Program-made: the position numbers and the translations under genes
NCBI GenBank assembly: GCA_964016885.1
Contig: OZ024743.1
Coordinates: 214,644,001-214,708,000, forward strand
Origin: Eledone cirrhosa
Lineage: Eukaryota
Length of the DNA: 64,000 nt
Direction of reading: 5' to 3'
The notes under the pieces: model-generated
Seen by the model: only the letters and a program-made list of their open reading frames with translations
The model's database searches: none
Told to the model about the DNA's origin: nothing
Shown here: one piece after another, positions 11,941 to 25,599 of the stretch
Layout: each line of letters begins with the position of its first letter
Numbering within the stretch: position 1 is the stretch's first letter

Positions 11941-14039
11941 TGGAACAGAAGCAACGCATTGTAGCAAAGAGTGCAAAAATTAGGCGATACGAGAGCAGAA
12001 TCAGTCAGTATAGACAGAACAGCATGATTGACAACAACCAGAAGATGCTATTTGGAGAGCTTGAAGGGAAAGGAAGAGGCAACGACTTGATCCCTGAGGC
12101 GGAACAAACTAAAACATTCTGGAGAGGAATATGGGAGCAGGATGTTAAACATATAGACCAGGCAGTGTGGATTGAGACAGTACAGAAGGAGATTAGTGAA
12201 CAGGCACACCAACGAACTGATCTGAGTATCACAGTTGAAACTCTTAAGGGGCAGGCCAAAAAACTAACCAACTGGAAATCACCAGGCCCAGATGGTGTGC
12301 AGGGTTATTGGATTAAAAATATAACATCCCTCAACCCGAAACTGGCAACCATGTTCAATGACTGCTTGATGTCAGGTGAGGTACCAGAGTGGTTGACAAA
12401 AGGTACCACCGTTCTGGTAATGAAAGACCGAATCAAGGGTAATGATGTTACCAACTATAAACCTATCACATGTCTGTCCGTAATGTGGAAACTGTTGACA
12501 AGCAATATTTCTGAGGAAATCTACCATCACCTCCACACAAACAACTTGTTACCGGACGAACAGAAAGGATGCCGAAAGAAGTTCCGTGGTACAAATGACC
12601 ACTTACTTATTGATAAGATGGTAATGAGGAATTGCAAGAGGAGACACACTGGTCTTGCCATGGGATGGATAGACTACAAAAAGGCATTTGACATGGTGCC
12701 TCATTCTTGGATCACCAAAAGCCGAGAGATCTTCAAGGTGGCAGATAACATCAGACAGTTGTTGGGCAAAAGTATGAAGTCTTGGAAAACAGAGTTAACA
12801 TCAGCTGGAGAATCTTTGGGAGGCGTGAAGATCAAGAGAGGTATCTATCAGGGAGATAGCCTGTCCCCTCTGTTGTTTGTCCTTGCCCTGATGCCCCTGA
12901 CCATTATACTGCGAAAAGTGAGCGCAGGATACAAGTTGGGAAAGGGAGAGCTTACCATCAATCACCTCCTCTTCACGGACGATCTTAAGCTCTTCGGGAA
13001 GAGTGAGAAGGAGTTGGATGTGCTTGTTGACACTGTCCGTATTTTCAGCAATGTTATATGTATGCAATTTGATATTAGTAAGTGTGGAGTCCTTGTGATG
13101 AAGAGGGGTAAATTGAGCAGAGGCAACGGAATCCAGGTACCAACAGGTGAGATGATAAATGAAATTGACACTGAAGAAGGATACAAGTATTTGGGTGTTC
13201 TGGAGGCTGATGGCATCAATAACAAAAAAATGAAGGAATTGATAAGATCTGAATACATTCGGAGAGTAAGGAGCGTATTAAAGTTACATCTGAACAGTAG
13301 GAATGCCATAAGTTCAGTAAATTCCCGAGCTGTGTCTATCATTAGGTACAGTGTGGGAATTCTGAGATGGAATGTTGCTGAACAGAAAAAAATGGATAGG
13401 AAGACTAGGAAGCTATTGACTATCTACAACATGTTCCACAAGAGGAGTGATGTCGATAGACTCTACTTAAGGAGATCTGAAGGTGGAAGAGGTCTTATCA
13501 GCATAGAGGACTGTGATCAGATGGAGAAGAAAACCCTACACAAATACGTGACTGATAGTAAGGAGCCAATGCTCAGAATTGTACTGAAGGAGAGGACAAT
13601 AGACCAGGGGATGTCCAAGGAGGAAATAACAACAAGGAGAAAGAGCAGCATTCATGAACAATCCCTTCATAGTACCTTCTTTGAGAAAACTGTATTCAGA
13701 GATCCACAGACATGGAACTGGTTGAAAAGAGGAGACCTTAAAAACGCTACAGAAGGAATGCTAATGGCTGCGCAAGAGCAGGCCCTCAAAACGAAGTGGT
13801 TGAAACACCATATTTACGAGGAGGAGGCTAACCCACTGTGCAGGATCTGTGAAGAGAGAGAGCAGACTGTGGTTCACATTGTATCCGAGGATAAACACCT
13901 AGCCCAGACTCACTATAAAGGCTGGAGACATGATGTGATGGGCAGGGTGATCCACTGGCACCTATGCAAAGTAAACAATTTACCACAATCTGAGAAGTGG
14001 TATGAGCATAAACCAGAGTCGGTGATAGAAAACGATTAG
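11925..14039 (+). pseudogene. Reverse transcriptase ORF remnant (704 aa) of the R4/Dong-type LINE
   Basis: RT motifs present. The first ~5 codons come from the upstream repeat, and a premature TAG precedes the endonuclease. Confidence 0.85.
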
Positions 14040-14320
14040 GTGAAGGTGCTGTGGGATTTTTTGATACAGACGGACTAGAAACTGGAATACAAGAGACCTG
14101 ACCTGGTGGTTTTGGACAAGTAAAAAAGATCGTGCCTGATTGTGGATGTGGCCTACCCATTGGACACGAGAGTTCAAGAGAAGGAGAGGGAGTAAATTAA
14201 CCGATACCAGGACTTAAAGTGGGAGGTACAAAGGATTTGGAACTGCCATGAAGTCAAAGTGGTCCCGATTGTCATAGGCCCACTACGTACTATCACAAAA
14301 AGATTCCAGGGATGGTTTAA
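11941..14320 (+). mobile_element. 5'-truncated R4/Dong-type non-LTR retrotransposon (RT, CCHC knuckle, restriction-like endonuclease)
   Basis: ORF 11925-14039 has KSPGPDG, GIYQGDSLSPLLF, LLFTDDLKL, GGRGL and CRIC..H..RHD. Downstream, through stop codons, RPDLVV...DVAYP...RYQDLKWE...VVPIVIG. Confidence 0.9.
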
Positions 14321-14407
14321 GAAAATTGTCCCCGCCACGCTTTTTGCATAGACGATGCCAGCCGAACAACAGAGCTGCGATGGAGTTGTTGTGCATAGTT
14401 GTCTGCG

Positions 14408-14682
14408 TGTTTTCTAAATTTAAGACAGTATGGAGGGTTGTGATATGAGGGAGAGTTAGCTGTTGTTTCTAGCAGGTTTAGTGACCTCATAGAGGATATG
14501 TGTTTTCTAAATTTAAGACAGTAGGGAGTGGTGTGATATGGACGAGAGTTAGCTGCTGTTTCTAGCAGGTTTAGTGACCTCATAGAAGATATGTTTTCTA
14601 AATTTCAGACAGTAGGGAGGGGTATGGTATGGGGGAGAGTTAGCTGCTGTTTCTAGCAGGTTAATGACCTCATAGCGGATAT
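14408..14682. repeat. ~91-bp tandem repeat, 3 copies
   Basis: tgttttctaaatttaagacagt...gagagttagctgctgtttctagcaggtttagtgacctcatag repeated three times; possibly a retroposon 3' tail. Confidence 0.85.
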
Positions 14683-15374
14683 TATTGTTTATTATTATCT
14701 ATAAAAGGCAGATTGTTGTTGTTGTTGTTGAAGGGAGTGCGTATTTGTATGCGTTTGGAAAAGAGGTTTTAAAAAAGATTTATCGCTTGTTGTTGAATAA
14801 ATGTATCTGTTGCTTTTGAATAATTGTCCTAATTTGAAGTATAAAAGAGAAAGTAGCAAAATGTGTGGGTTGTAGATAGAGGTAAAGCCGACGATATGAC
14901 AGAGTAATACGGACGGTATCACCATCAAGCTTGGAAAGAGAAAGTAGCAGAAAGTATGAAGTTGTATAGATTTTGAATGGTAGTGGAAAGAGTTTACCAG
15001 TTTAAATGACAGAGAAAAATCGTAAAATATTGAGTTTTATCTATTTTTGCATAATTGTGGGTGAAATTGAAAAAATGAGATGTGCCAAGACGCAATCGAA
15101 ACTATTTCGAATACTGAATTGTAAATTTCAATTGAAGAAATTCTCTATAGTAAATTTCTATAAGAAAGGAGCATGACCACACACTGAGCTTTATAGATTA
15201 TGATATATATATATATATATAATCAGGTTTAGCAAATAATGAAAAAGTTTCAAAATAAATTTTAAAAAATTGACTTTACCTACTATAGTTACCTTTACCG
15301 AATCGGTTTCGAATCTCAAAAATAAACGGAGACCATACGGCCTTCGTTGCAAAGAAAGATTCTCGTATATATAT

Positions 15375-15510
15375 ATAAGGAATTGTGGTAAGGAACCAGA
15401 TGGACCAGAACGCACCAGAGTGCTCAATACTTATGGTAGTAGAGTGGGAAATAGGAAAAAGTATGACACCAACGGCTTGAGGTCTGCCGTCGGGGTCATC
15501 ATTTTTCCTA
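15375..15510. mobile_element. Short PLE pseudo-LTR-end fragment with terminal hairpin in (TA)n
   Basis: Homologous to 15815-16010, 16442-16580, 18849-19052 and 59719-59912. Confidence 0.7.
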
Positions 15511-15514
15511 TATA

Positions 15515-15581
<67 letters not shown>

Positions 15582-15633
15582 GAAAAGGTGAAGAATATCA
15601 TGGTCAACGGTATAAAGAAGGACATTTATTTAA

Positions 15634-15740
15634 CAGTCTAATAATTGTTTCTATGATGGAGTTGTCTAAACATTGCTAAACACTGCAGTTAGTGGCACTC
15701 AATTTAAAATACATACAACCTCCATCATTTCGTCAGAAAG
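15634..15740 (-). ncRNA. Hammerhead-like motif with long stem II
   Basis: Minus: uuu-CUGACGA-a-AUGAUGGAG(g)UUGU...ACAACUCCAUCAU-a-GAAA-CAAUUAUU-agacug, followed by AATAAA. Confidence 0.55.
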
Positions 15741-15776
15741 CTACATACTTCAGAGACTGCGTACACACACACACAT

Positions 15777-15814
<38 letters not shown>

Positions 15815-15816
<2 letters not shown>

Positions 15817-16005
15817 CGAAGGAAATGTGGTAAGGAACCAGGTGGACCATAACGCACCAAAGTACTCAATACTTGAGGTAGTAGAGTGGGTAATAGGAAC
15901 CAGTAGGACCCCGACAGCTGAGCTCAAGCCGTTTCGACGGCTAATTCTGCGTCCAGAATTAGCCGTCGAAACGGCTTGAGCTCAGCTGTCGGGGTCCTAC
16001 TGGTT

Positions 16006-16010
<5 letters not shown>
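15815..16010. mobile_element. Fold-back mini-element from a PLE pseudo-LTR end
   Basis: Perfect 57-bp inverted arms 15893-15949 and 15954-16010; flanked by (TA)n. Confidence 0.85.
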
Positions 16011-16100
<90 letters not shown>

Positions 16101-16441
16101 ACGCGGTCTCTTCTCGCTAACACTGCTACGGTCAAAACGGTCTTTTTTCTCTCGTCAAAATGCGCCCGATCTTATGCTCGAAATGATTTATTGAGTTGAT
16201 ATTTTTCATAATGTTCCTCACTTTGCGTTGCTTCACCCTCCGTGTCTGTTTACATGTTTTTCTCTTTCTCACCCCACCCTTTCTTTTATACATAGTTATT
16301 GTTTCGGCCTAGGCTGAGGTATATTGTCTCTAAGGTGAAGAAATACCTATGATACCTAGTAGACAACCGATGACTGATAATCCTCTGTTTCGCCCGTAAC
16401 TTTTATTTTTTCATTATATATATATATAAATATATATATAT

Positions 16442-17903
16442 AACGGAGGAAATGTGTTAAGGAACCAGGTGGACCATAACGCACCAATGTACTCAATACT
16501 TAGGGTAGTAGAGTGGGTAATAGGAACGAGTAGGACCCCGACGGCTGAGCTCAAACCGTTTCGACGGCTAATTCTGGACTAAATGAAAATTGTTATCCTG
16601 GTATTTGAATAGCTGAGCTTCTCAAGGGGTAATTCCATATATGGTAAAAGTGATTGTCACAAGGATTGGTCAAAAGTTTGTTGTTGAGACATAATAATTC
16701 TATCATGGCAAATTGTGGAGGGAAGGGGTAGCTAACCTGCCAGTAGAGAAAGAGGGAGAGGGGGTGGAGGAGACCCAGTCATGCGTTGATAGTGCCGACT
16801 ACAGCTGGGCATGAGGTCAGAGAAGATACTAGGGAAGGGGAGGGGGAGTAAGTCGAAACAATAACTAAAACCATATTGGGTAAATATATAGAAAAATACC
16901 GAGAGTGTTAAAAAGCAATTAAATGTACAAAAAAAAAAAATAAACAATTTCTGGTTACTACGACCTAAGGACAGCTATCAAGTCTCTCACTCGTACTGCT
17001 AGGCTAAAGAAAGGTTTACTAGGTGGGACGGAATTATAATGAGACCCTTTTAAGAGGTATAAGTAATAAACCGAGTATATCTTACGGTGACGCGTCAACA
17101 AGTGTGGGGCCAAAATACTAAAGAAACTACCACGAAATAATAAATAAAGGTTTCTACCCCAGGCACAAGTCCAACAACCACCCAGTGCAAAAATATAAAC
17201 TAATACGAAATGATAATTCAGAATCCTGAAAAAGAATACTAATACTATCTCTAAGGGTGCCGCCACGATACAAAAATTCTAGTGAAAACTACATAAATGC
17301 TCGTACGAAGTATATGTATAATTTGATACAGAAAATTAATTCAGAATCACCCCCCCCCCCAAAAAAAATACTGATATAGGAGAAATTAAAGCAAATATAC
17401 CACTAAGAAATATAGAAAGCACGGAAAAGGGGCAGCGATCGGATAAGAAGGCAAGTATCCAGGGTCTAACACATCGGCTATAAAAAGCGGAGTCGGCCAA
17501 ATCTATCGTAGAATAGGGGAAGGGGTGGGGGTACTGAGGCTACAAAGGACCGAGGGGCTGCCTCGGGTGGGCGAGAACATGAAAAGTACGACGGCAAATA
17601 AAGAGGACTGGAGTGGAAGGACTAGGGAGGGATGGGGGAAGAAGGAAATATAGAGGAAGCGATAAAAAGATATAGAAGGTCTTACGTCTACCTTTGCAAG
17701 CAGGGGTTACCCATTACAAAACCGGCAAGTGGGGTGTTATAACCCTAGTCTACACCCCGTGTCATTATGGGGTTTGAGGGCGAGGTAAGTCCTACGCAAT
17801 CTGTGTTTACATGCAGTAACCAGTTTATCTTTCTTATTTAGGAGTTGGTCCGTCGAAAACAGCATTGGTAAAGTTTCCTCCGAGCATAAATTGCACGGAC
17901 GGC
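16442..17903 (-). mobile_element. 5'-truncated Hydra-like PLE (endonuclease C-terminus plus ~1.3-kb pseudo-LTR)
   Basis: Minus 17900-17790 translates as PCNLCSEETLPMLFSTDQLLNKKDKLVTACKH, matching CDLCAAE...LNKKSEAISACKH of ORF 51507. The 3' end abuts (TA)n. Confidence 0.75.
16535..16630 (-). ncRNA. Candidate type I hammerhead with U3-A8 core
   Basis: Minus: ACCCC-UUGAGAA-[~55 nt, irregular stem II]-GAAA-CGGUU(UGAGCUC)AGCCG-UC/GGGGU. Confidence 0.5.
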
Positions 17904-17904
17904 G

Positions 17905-19052
<1,148 letters not shown>

Positions 19053-21413
19053 ATATATATACACATACTATTGATTAGTGCAAGGTTCGATCTCGATCGA
19101 TCGGGCTCGACTCTGCAAACAAATTCTCATCACACTTATGTTTGCTACATGACGGAATATTTCTCGCAAAGCTTTAAAGTATATCCGTTCTCATTCATTT
19201 GGTGTGGTCAGCTGTTCTTTGTTTTGATTTGTACTTTTGGGAAGAAAAAATATGAGGAAAAGTGGTTCAGGGGAGGTGAAGATATACAAAGAAAAAATTG
19301 ATTGAGAAAATGAATGAATGTTGGTGGGCGTACATCCTGTGGTGATGTACTGATATTTTGACCATTTCAATAGTCGACAGATTGGCGCGTGTGTGTGTTT
19401 GAGATGATCTTATTTTATACGCGAGATAAGTACAAAAGGCCGCGCTAGTCGTGGCGGTATTTAACATCAGAACGCAAAGTTTCGTAACCAAATGCCGAAA
19501 AGCATGTTCTTTGATGCTCTATGGAGACTGCGAATCCGCCAATAAAAATATATCAAGAAAATAAATAGGAATATTTTCTTGAATTGTGTAGAAATACCTA
19601 ATATATTGGATACGATACAATGACAATAATCATTATATAACAATGGTTTCTGATAACCACACCAGACCAACAATGTTTGGGGAGGAAATAGTTGATGAAA
19701 TCGAACCAAGTGCGTTATCGGTGATTCATTTTATCGATCCCGCAAGAATGAAAGCCAAAGCTAACTGCAGCGAGATTTGAACGCAGAAAGTAGAGCGACG
19801 TAACTCTATGATGTGTATCATGTTGTCCGACTCTCTGCCAATACTGCCCAATCGACATATAATAATAAATATGTTGGCATGGAAAGGTATAAATTACAGC
19901 TAGTAAGAAAGCACCATATTTGCGTCAACTATAAACATGTCAATAACGCATGTCAGAATCTATTTACGTCATGTCTAAAAATCTTTTTTTATTTTTAATT
20001 CCGTGTTATTTCTATTATCTCCAAAATTTATCCGCTTTGAATTTAAGCCGTTATTGTGTATTATAGCAAACTTCACGAAAACGAACAACGCAAATATATT
20101 TACTCACACCAGTTTTCATATATCTTAAAGCAGCAGAAACAATGGACATGTTTGTTTTCTTAAAACGAAATTCAATAATATACTTAAGAACGAATGGTAT
20201 TTAGCAAATTTTTACTTCCAAGAAGTAATCATGTAAAGTTGTTTTCTAATTTCATCTTTCCAATATTGTTTTTCAAGTAGGCAAGAAATTAGAAATCTGT
20301 CTCGTTGCTTATGTAAATCCTATGAAATATTAAAACATAAATATTTGTAAGAACCCAAACGAAGTCTGCGTGTGTTTTTTTTCTCGTCTAATCCCCATGT
20401 GTAGGTTGATTGCTCTCCTCGGGATTCCTTAAAATATATTTAGAACACATACAGGAATTGCAATGTTCCGCTTATAGTGATGAATTATATCTTCCCATGA
20501 GATGTGACATATTTATCAGTCGGAAAAAAGATAATTTAATAAATAAAGCAGTAAACGACACGACTGTTATGTGAACTTTGTCAATTATATGAAAATCAAA
20601 TTTCTCTTATGTGTTTCGTTGTGTTGATTGTAAGTATAAAAGTATATTTAGCGCTATTATAATGTTTAAAATATTCGAATTAAATCTCGGTTTGTATCTC
20701 CCACCCACCCCCGCCCCTCTTTCTCCATACATACTCCGATTATGATGCAAACACAGGATCGAAGAAAAGAGATAAAGAAAAAAATAGAAGATAGAAAATA
20801 TTCATCGTCTGGCTTATTCTTTATCTCCTAACTGTTTAGGTTCAACGTAATTTGTTACATCATTTTGCAAATAACACCTGATGAAATCGCCTTGTCTTGC
20901 ATCATAATCGGATGACAGAGTTGGGCCATCGAAGTTGGTCATTGTTTTACGATCATTTCATTGTGTTGCTTGATCATGGTAGATTGGTATATCGACTAGC
21001 TGATAGTTTTTATGTCAGTACCTAATACTATTTTCGGAATCCCTGATCAATGACACCATCTCTGATTGTTTCTGAGGAAGCCGGTATGATAGGGTTAGAT
21101 GTAATATACTCAAACATACCGCATCGCCCTTCACCTTGAGTAACGAGCGACCCTTCTAGGCATAACAAATACATTGCCCTATCCATCAAACACTGTGAGA
21201 ATTGACGATGGATGCACAAATGTTACGTATACTAAAAGTACTAAAGCAGGTACAGAAAGGAGCTAATATTAACAATTGGGAAATGGAACATTATAGCCAT
21301 TACAGATGACGAGAGTGATCAAGGGGGATGGCCAGAGCCTGTCGGCTAAATATAATTCCGTTTTACTCATAAATACATATAAACATATATGTTTAACTGT
21401 GTACGAATGCATA

Positions 21414-21453
<40 letters not shown>

Positions 21454-21461
21454 GAGAGAGA

Positions 21462-21527
<66 letters not shown>

Positions 21528-21529
21528 GA

Positions 21530-22211
21530 ATAGAATGAAACGAAATTTAATTTCTCACTCTTAGTACGGCACTTACTTAAATGTAATGTATGTATACGTA
21601 CATACATATATGTATACATATATACAGTAGTATGTATATATGCACACATATATAAATGCACACATATATAAATGCACGTATCAGTTTACAGAACATTTAT
21701 TATAATGCTCGGTGTGTTCGTTTGTAAACAAACAAACAGCCCGAATTACGCCGTACAGTGTTTAGGCAACCACGTTACCTTTTTCTTCAACACTGATACA
21801 GGAACGATGTACTAGTTTCAAGCTTATTAGCTATCGTCAGCATCGTATAACATCCTGCCAGATGGTTGAACGTCTGAAAGTATATACTTTCCTTATGCAT
21901 ATTAACGGCTGAGCAGCCTAATTTGCATATCGAGTGAGTTCAGTCGGCCGGGCGCACGAAAAAACGATAAATGGAATAGAATGAAACGAAATTTCATTTC
22001 TCACTCTTAGTACGGCACCTACTTAAATGTAAGTATGTATATATGTATACGTACATACATATATGTATACAGACGTACATTAGTATGTATATATATACAT
22101 ACATGCACTCATATATATATGCACGTATCGGTTTACCGAACATTTATTATATTGCTCGGTTTGTTCGTTTGTAAACAAACAAACAGCCCGAATTACGCCG
22201 TACAGTGTCTA
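21530..22211 (-). repeat. Third array (~1.6 units) of the 433-nt monomer family, diverged subfamily
   Basis: Same unit after (GA)n, restarting at ~21967. Confidence 0.9.
21801..21855 (-). ncRNA. Type I hammerhead ribozyme (array 3)
   Basis: Minus: CGAUG-CUGACGA-UAGCU(AAUA)AGCUU-GAAA-CUAGUA/CAUCG; fully Watson-Crick stem I. Confidence 0.9.
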
Positions 22212-22375
22212 AAAATGACGTTTTTCAGCCCAATACCATAACCTCATTTGCATACTCATCTTGATTATTTGAAATATCTGACTTTTCTTCTCTTTTCCTT
22301 GACTATCCAAGAAAAATTTGAACCGTTAAGGTTTCTTTTCTCGGTTATGTCAACATATATAAAACAAAGTTTGTA

Positions 22376-22432
22376 TTTTATCTGATGAGTGCGTACCAAA
22401 GTGTTGGTACCCTTGAAATACATATAATGGAA
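22376..22432 (+). ncRNA. Type I hammerhead in a pseudo-LTR-like fragment
   Basis: UUUUAU-CUGAUGA-gugc-GUACCAA(agug)UUGGUAC-ccuu-GAAA-UACAUAUA/AUGGAA. Homologous to 47227-47330. Confidence 0.65.
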
Positions 22433-22582
22433 TAGATATGGTTTTATAAATATAGTTTCCATTTATTTAATATCATTGAATATCATAGTCCAGAAAAAAT
22501 CTGTGCTCTGAATCTGTTATAAACATTTTTATTTGTTGAGTTACCAACAAATTGAATATCCATTTTGCATATATATATATAT

Positions 22583-22683
<101 letters not shown>

Positions 22684-24169
22684 AGATTTAATGTAATAAT
22701 TGCATCCTTTGTAGATTTTGGTGATTCACCATATTTAGAAATGTTTAATACATCGTACAACATTGCCTCTCAACTGAATATATTTAATGTTAAATGGTTA
22801 AATGCCATTGTTATGAAGTATTCTTCTTCGTTTTGCTTTTAAAAGCATTGCACTACCAATCCAGGATTCCGCAAGCTTTACTTTAATTGCTGCTCGACTT
22901 CTGCACTAAATTCTTCGATGACAGAGGTGGATTATTAATTGTAGTTTGCCCGGCAGAACAATTATTTACGCTTGGTATAATTATCTGAAATCTGATGCCG
23001 TTTTCAGCAAAAATTACCTCTAACTGATATGAGTTCTGTCTTGATATTTGCTTGAGCGATTTTATATGTTGCGACGATACTGAGAATAATTTTTTTTGTC
23101 CCCAGTTTTATATTTGTCCACTGAAATATAATTGATCTCATAACCTAGCACTCCGTCTTCATGATAAATATAATGTTCTTTCAAATGGATTTGTATGTGG
23201 TTTCTCGCGTAATTGTATGCATCGGTATATGTGTATATGTATAAGTATGTGACGTTGAGGGTGAGGAATATAAAGATATATATATATATAGAGAGAGAGA
23301 GGTGTATAGAACACATTCAAATGATAAAATAGATGTACTACCCTACAAATGTATAAATAGAAATATAGTAAAAATCAGGGAAACAACTCCATACGTATAT
23401 GTATTATTGATTTTCATTGTCCAGAAAAACTAGTGGCTGCTAAGCTACGCACAAAAGCAGTATTTGTGTGCACGAGTGTGGTGGTGTGTGTGTGACAGAG
23501 TTAGGGGGGAGGTTATTTTTTGAACCTGTAAACTAGTCCTCATATATTGAGTATAGAAATATACAGATATTAAAATATGAGTTATCTAATTTCAAACTTC
23601 AAAATTGCTCTGTCTGTGTATATCTAATACTACTATGTTCTTTTTTTCTGGAAGAACCTAATGCGAGAGCACTCTGAATTATGCTATTAAGATCTCTAAT
23701 TGATTCTTGTGGGTATGTTGCAAATATAATCACTTCAATACACATGTAATTATTCCGCAGAGAGGTAGCTTCAAATCATGCTGTACTATGAATAACGTTA
23801 AATTCCCTCAGTCACGCAAACATTTTCCAACTAGCACTATCTCGTGGGTCGCATAACTGACGTGAATAACTAAACAAATGTATCGCTTCTAGAAGAAATA
23901 CGCGAAAATTACCTTATTTGGCTAAACCTCTCCAGACATTACTGACAACAAATCGCGCTTCGAAACTACCGCCGCCAGTATATGAATGCATAGTCCTGAA
24001 ACCTCCGAGGGAGTCGTGGGGGTATGGTATTGAAATACGGCGTTTTTAGGGCATTTTAAATCCTGACGGAGCCCTTTCCTCTCCATGTTCGAAGACAGCA
24101 GATTTTTTCCCGAGAAGGATAGATATTTAGAGAATGGAAGTGATAATGGGATATAGAGGAAGAATCGAT

Positions 24170-24305
24170 AACTTGCTCTGCTGGTACTTTTTTTATTGAC
24201 CTTGAAAGAATGGGAGACAAAGGTGACTTTGGCGAGATTTGAACTCAGAGAGCCGGGAGCCAAAAGGAATACTGCAAAGCATTATATTTAACCTTCTAAC
24301 GACTC
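24170..24305 (-). mobile_element. Diverged SINE copy
   Basis: ctggtactttttttattgacc...ggtgactttggcgagatttgaactcag resembles the SINE body. A similar old copy lies at ~19720-19850. Confidence 0.6.
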
Positions 24306-25599
24306 ATTTGCTTATATATAATGTCGTTTCACTACAATGCCGGAGCCTTCTAACCTACTGCAACAAAATGTTAACACACTGTATGTAGTGATACTTGATA
24401 CATTTCATGAGGCGTGGAAAAATTGACTGAATAACTATGACGAGAAAGCTACCTTATTTTGTATTTCGTTTAACTTTTATTCCGTAACTTTCTTGGTATC
24501 TTTATATTAGTTTTATTGTATGGTTCTCGATATTATAATCCCTGCGATAATAGTATTTATTTGTGTAAGGCTTTTATGCATTCTCATTTGGAATAACGTT
24601 ACACCATCTGGGCTGGTCTTATTTCTCCGTAAAATAATTTATTTATTTTCGTTGGACAGAATATATAAATACTCAACCGCATTCTCCTTGCTTCTTTATA
24701 TCTATTCAATTAAGACATCTACCTCTTTTTCACGATAATAATCACGAGGTCTACCCCTATACTAATTATCATCCATTTGCCGGGATTGCACTATCTTTTA
24801 AAAATAATTCCTTCTCTAGTAATCTCTTGTCACTTGTTACTCTAACGACTGATGTTTTCTGAATTCATGATTAGTATCTTATGTTTAAAATAGGTAGCAT
24901 TCCAAAGATTATAAATGCTATAAAAGGAAGGAAAGGGCAAGGATTACTAACCAACGAAAGAAAAAGAGAAGAGAAGTGAGTAACAGACTACACCAAAATC
25001 AAAACAGTGTATCGGCTGCACCTCATAGACAAAATGACAAAGGCATTCTCGTGGACAAAGAGGAGGCGAAAGGTCAAGCCCTGGTAATTTCTTGTTTTCC
25101 TATTTTGCATTGCGGTGCCGAGGTCTATGGTCGAAATGACTAGCTTGGAGGCAGAGAACGTGTCGCAACACATCGTGTCCCAGAAAAGGGATTTATCTGG
25201 CTCTAATGGGAATGGGAAGAGGGTAATTCGGTTGCATTGCTTGCCGTCTCCACTGTCGAGGACCCCAGGCTCCAGTTGAGAGACCTTCCCCCGTCCAGTC
25301 CGTCAGGGCCAGCTCCAGGTTTTGAGCTACCTCAGGATCTGCCGACTTACTGAAATAAACATCAGATTGGGTTACAGCGGAATATAAGGTATCTCACAGG
25401 ATAGAATTTTGAAATACCACACTGTAAACGAACGCATTATACTTGATGAAATCTATCCCCAAATATATAAAGGAAATGGTAAAATATGCAGATATAATAA
25501 TATGGAAAGAGAAAGAAATTCGAATGTGGCTAATGAAATCAGAAAAAAATGTCTATAATAATAGGTGCCCGGAGAACGTTGAAAATCACACAGACATAT

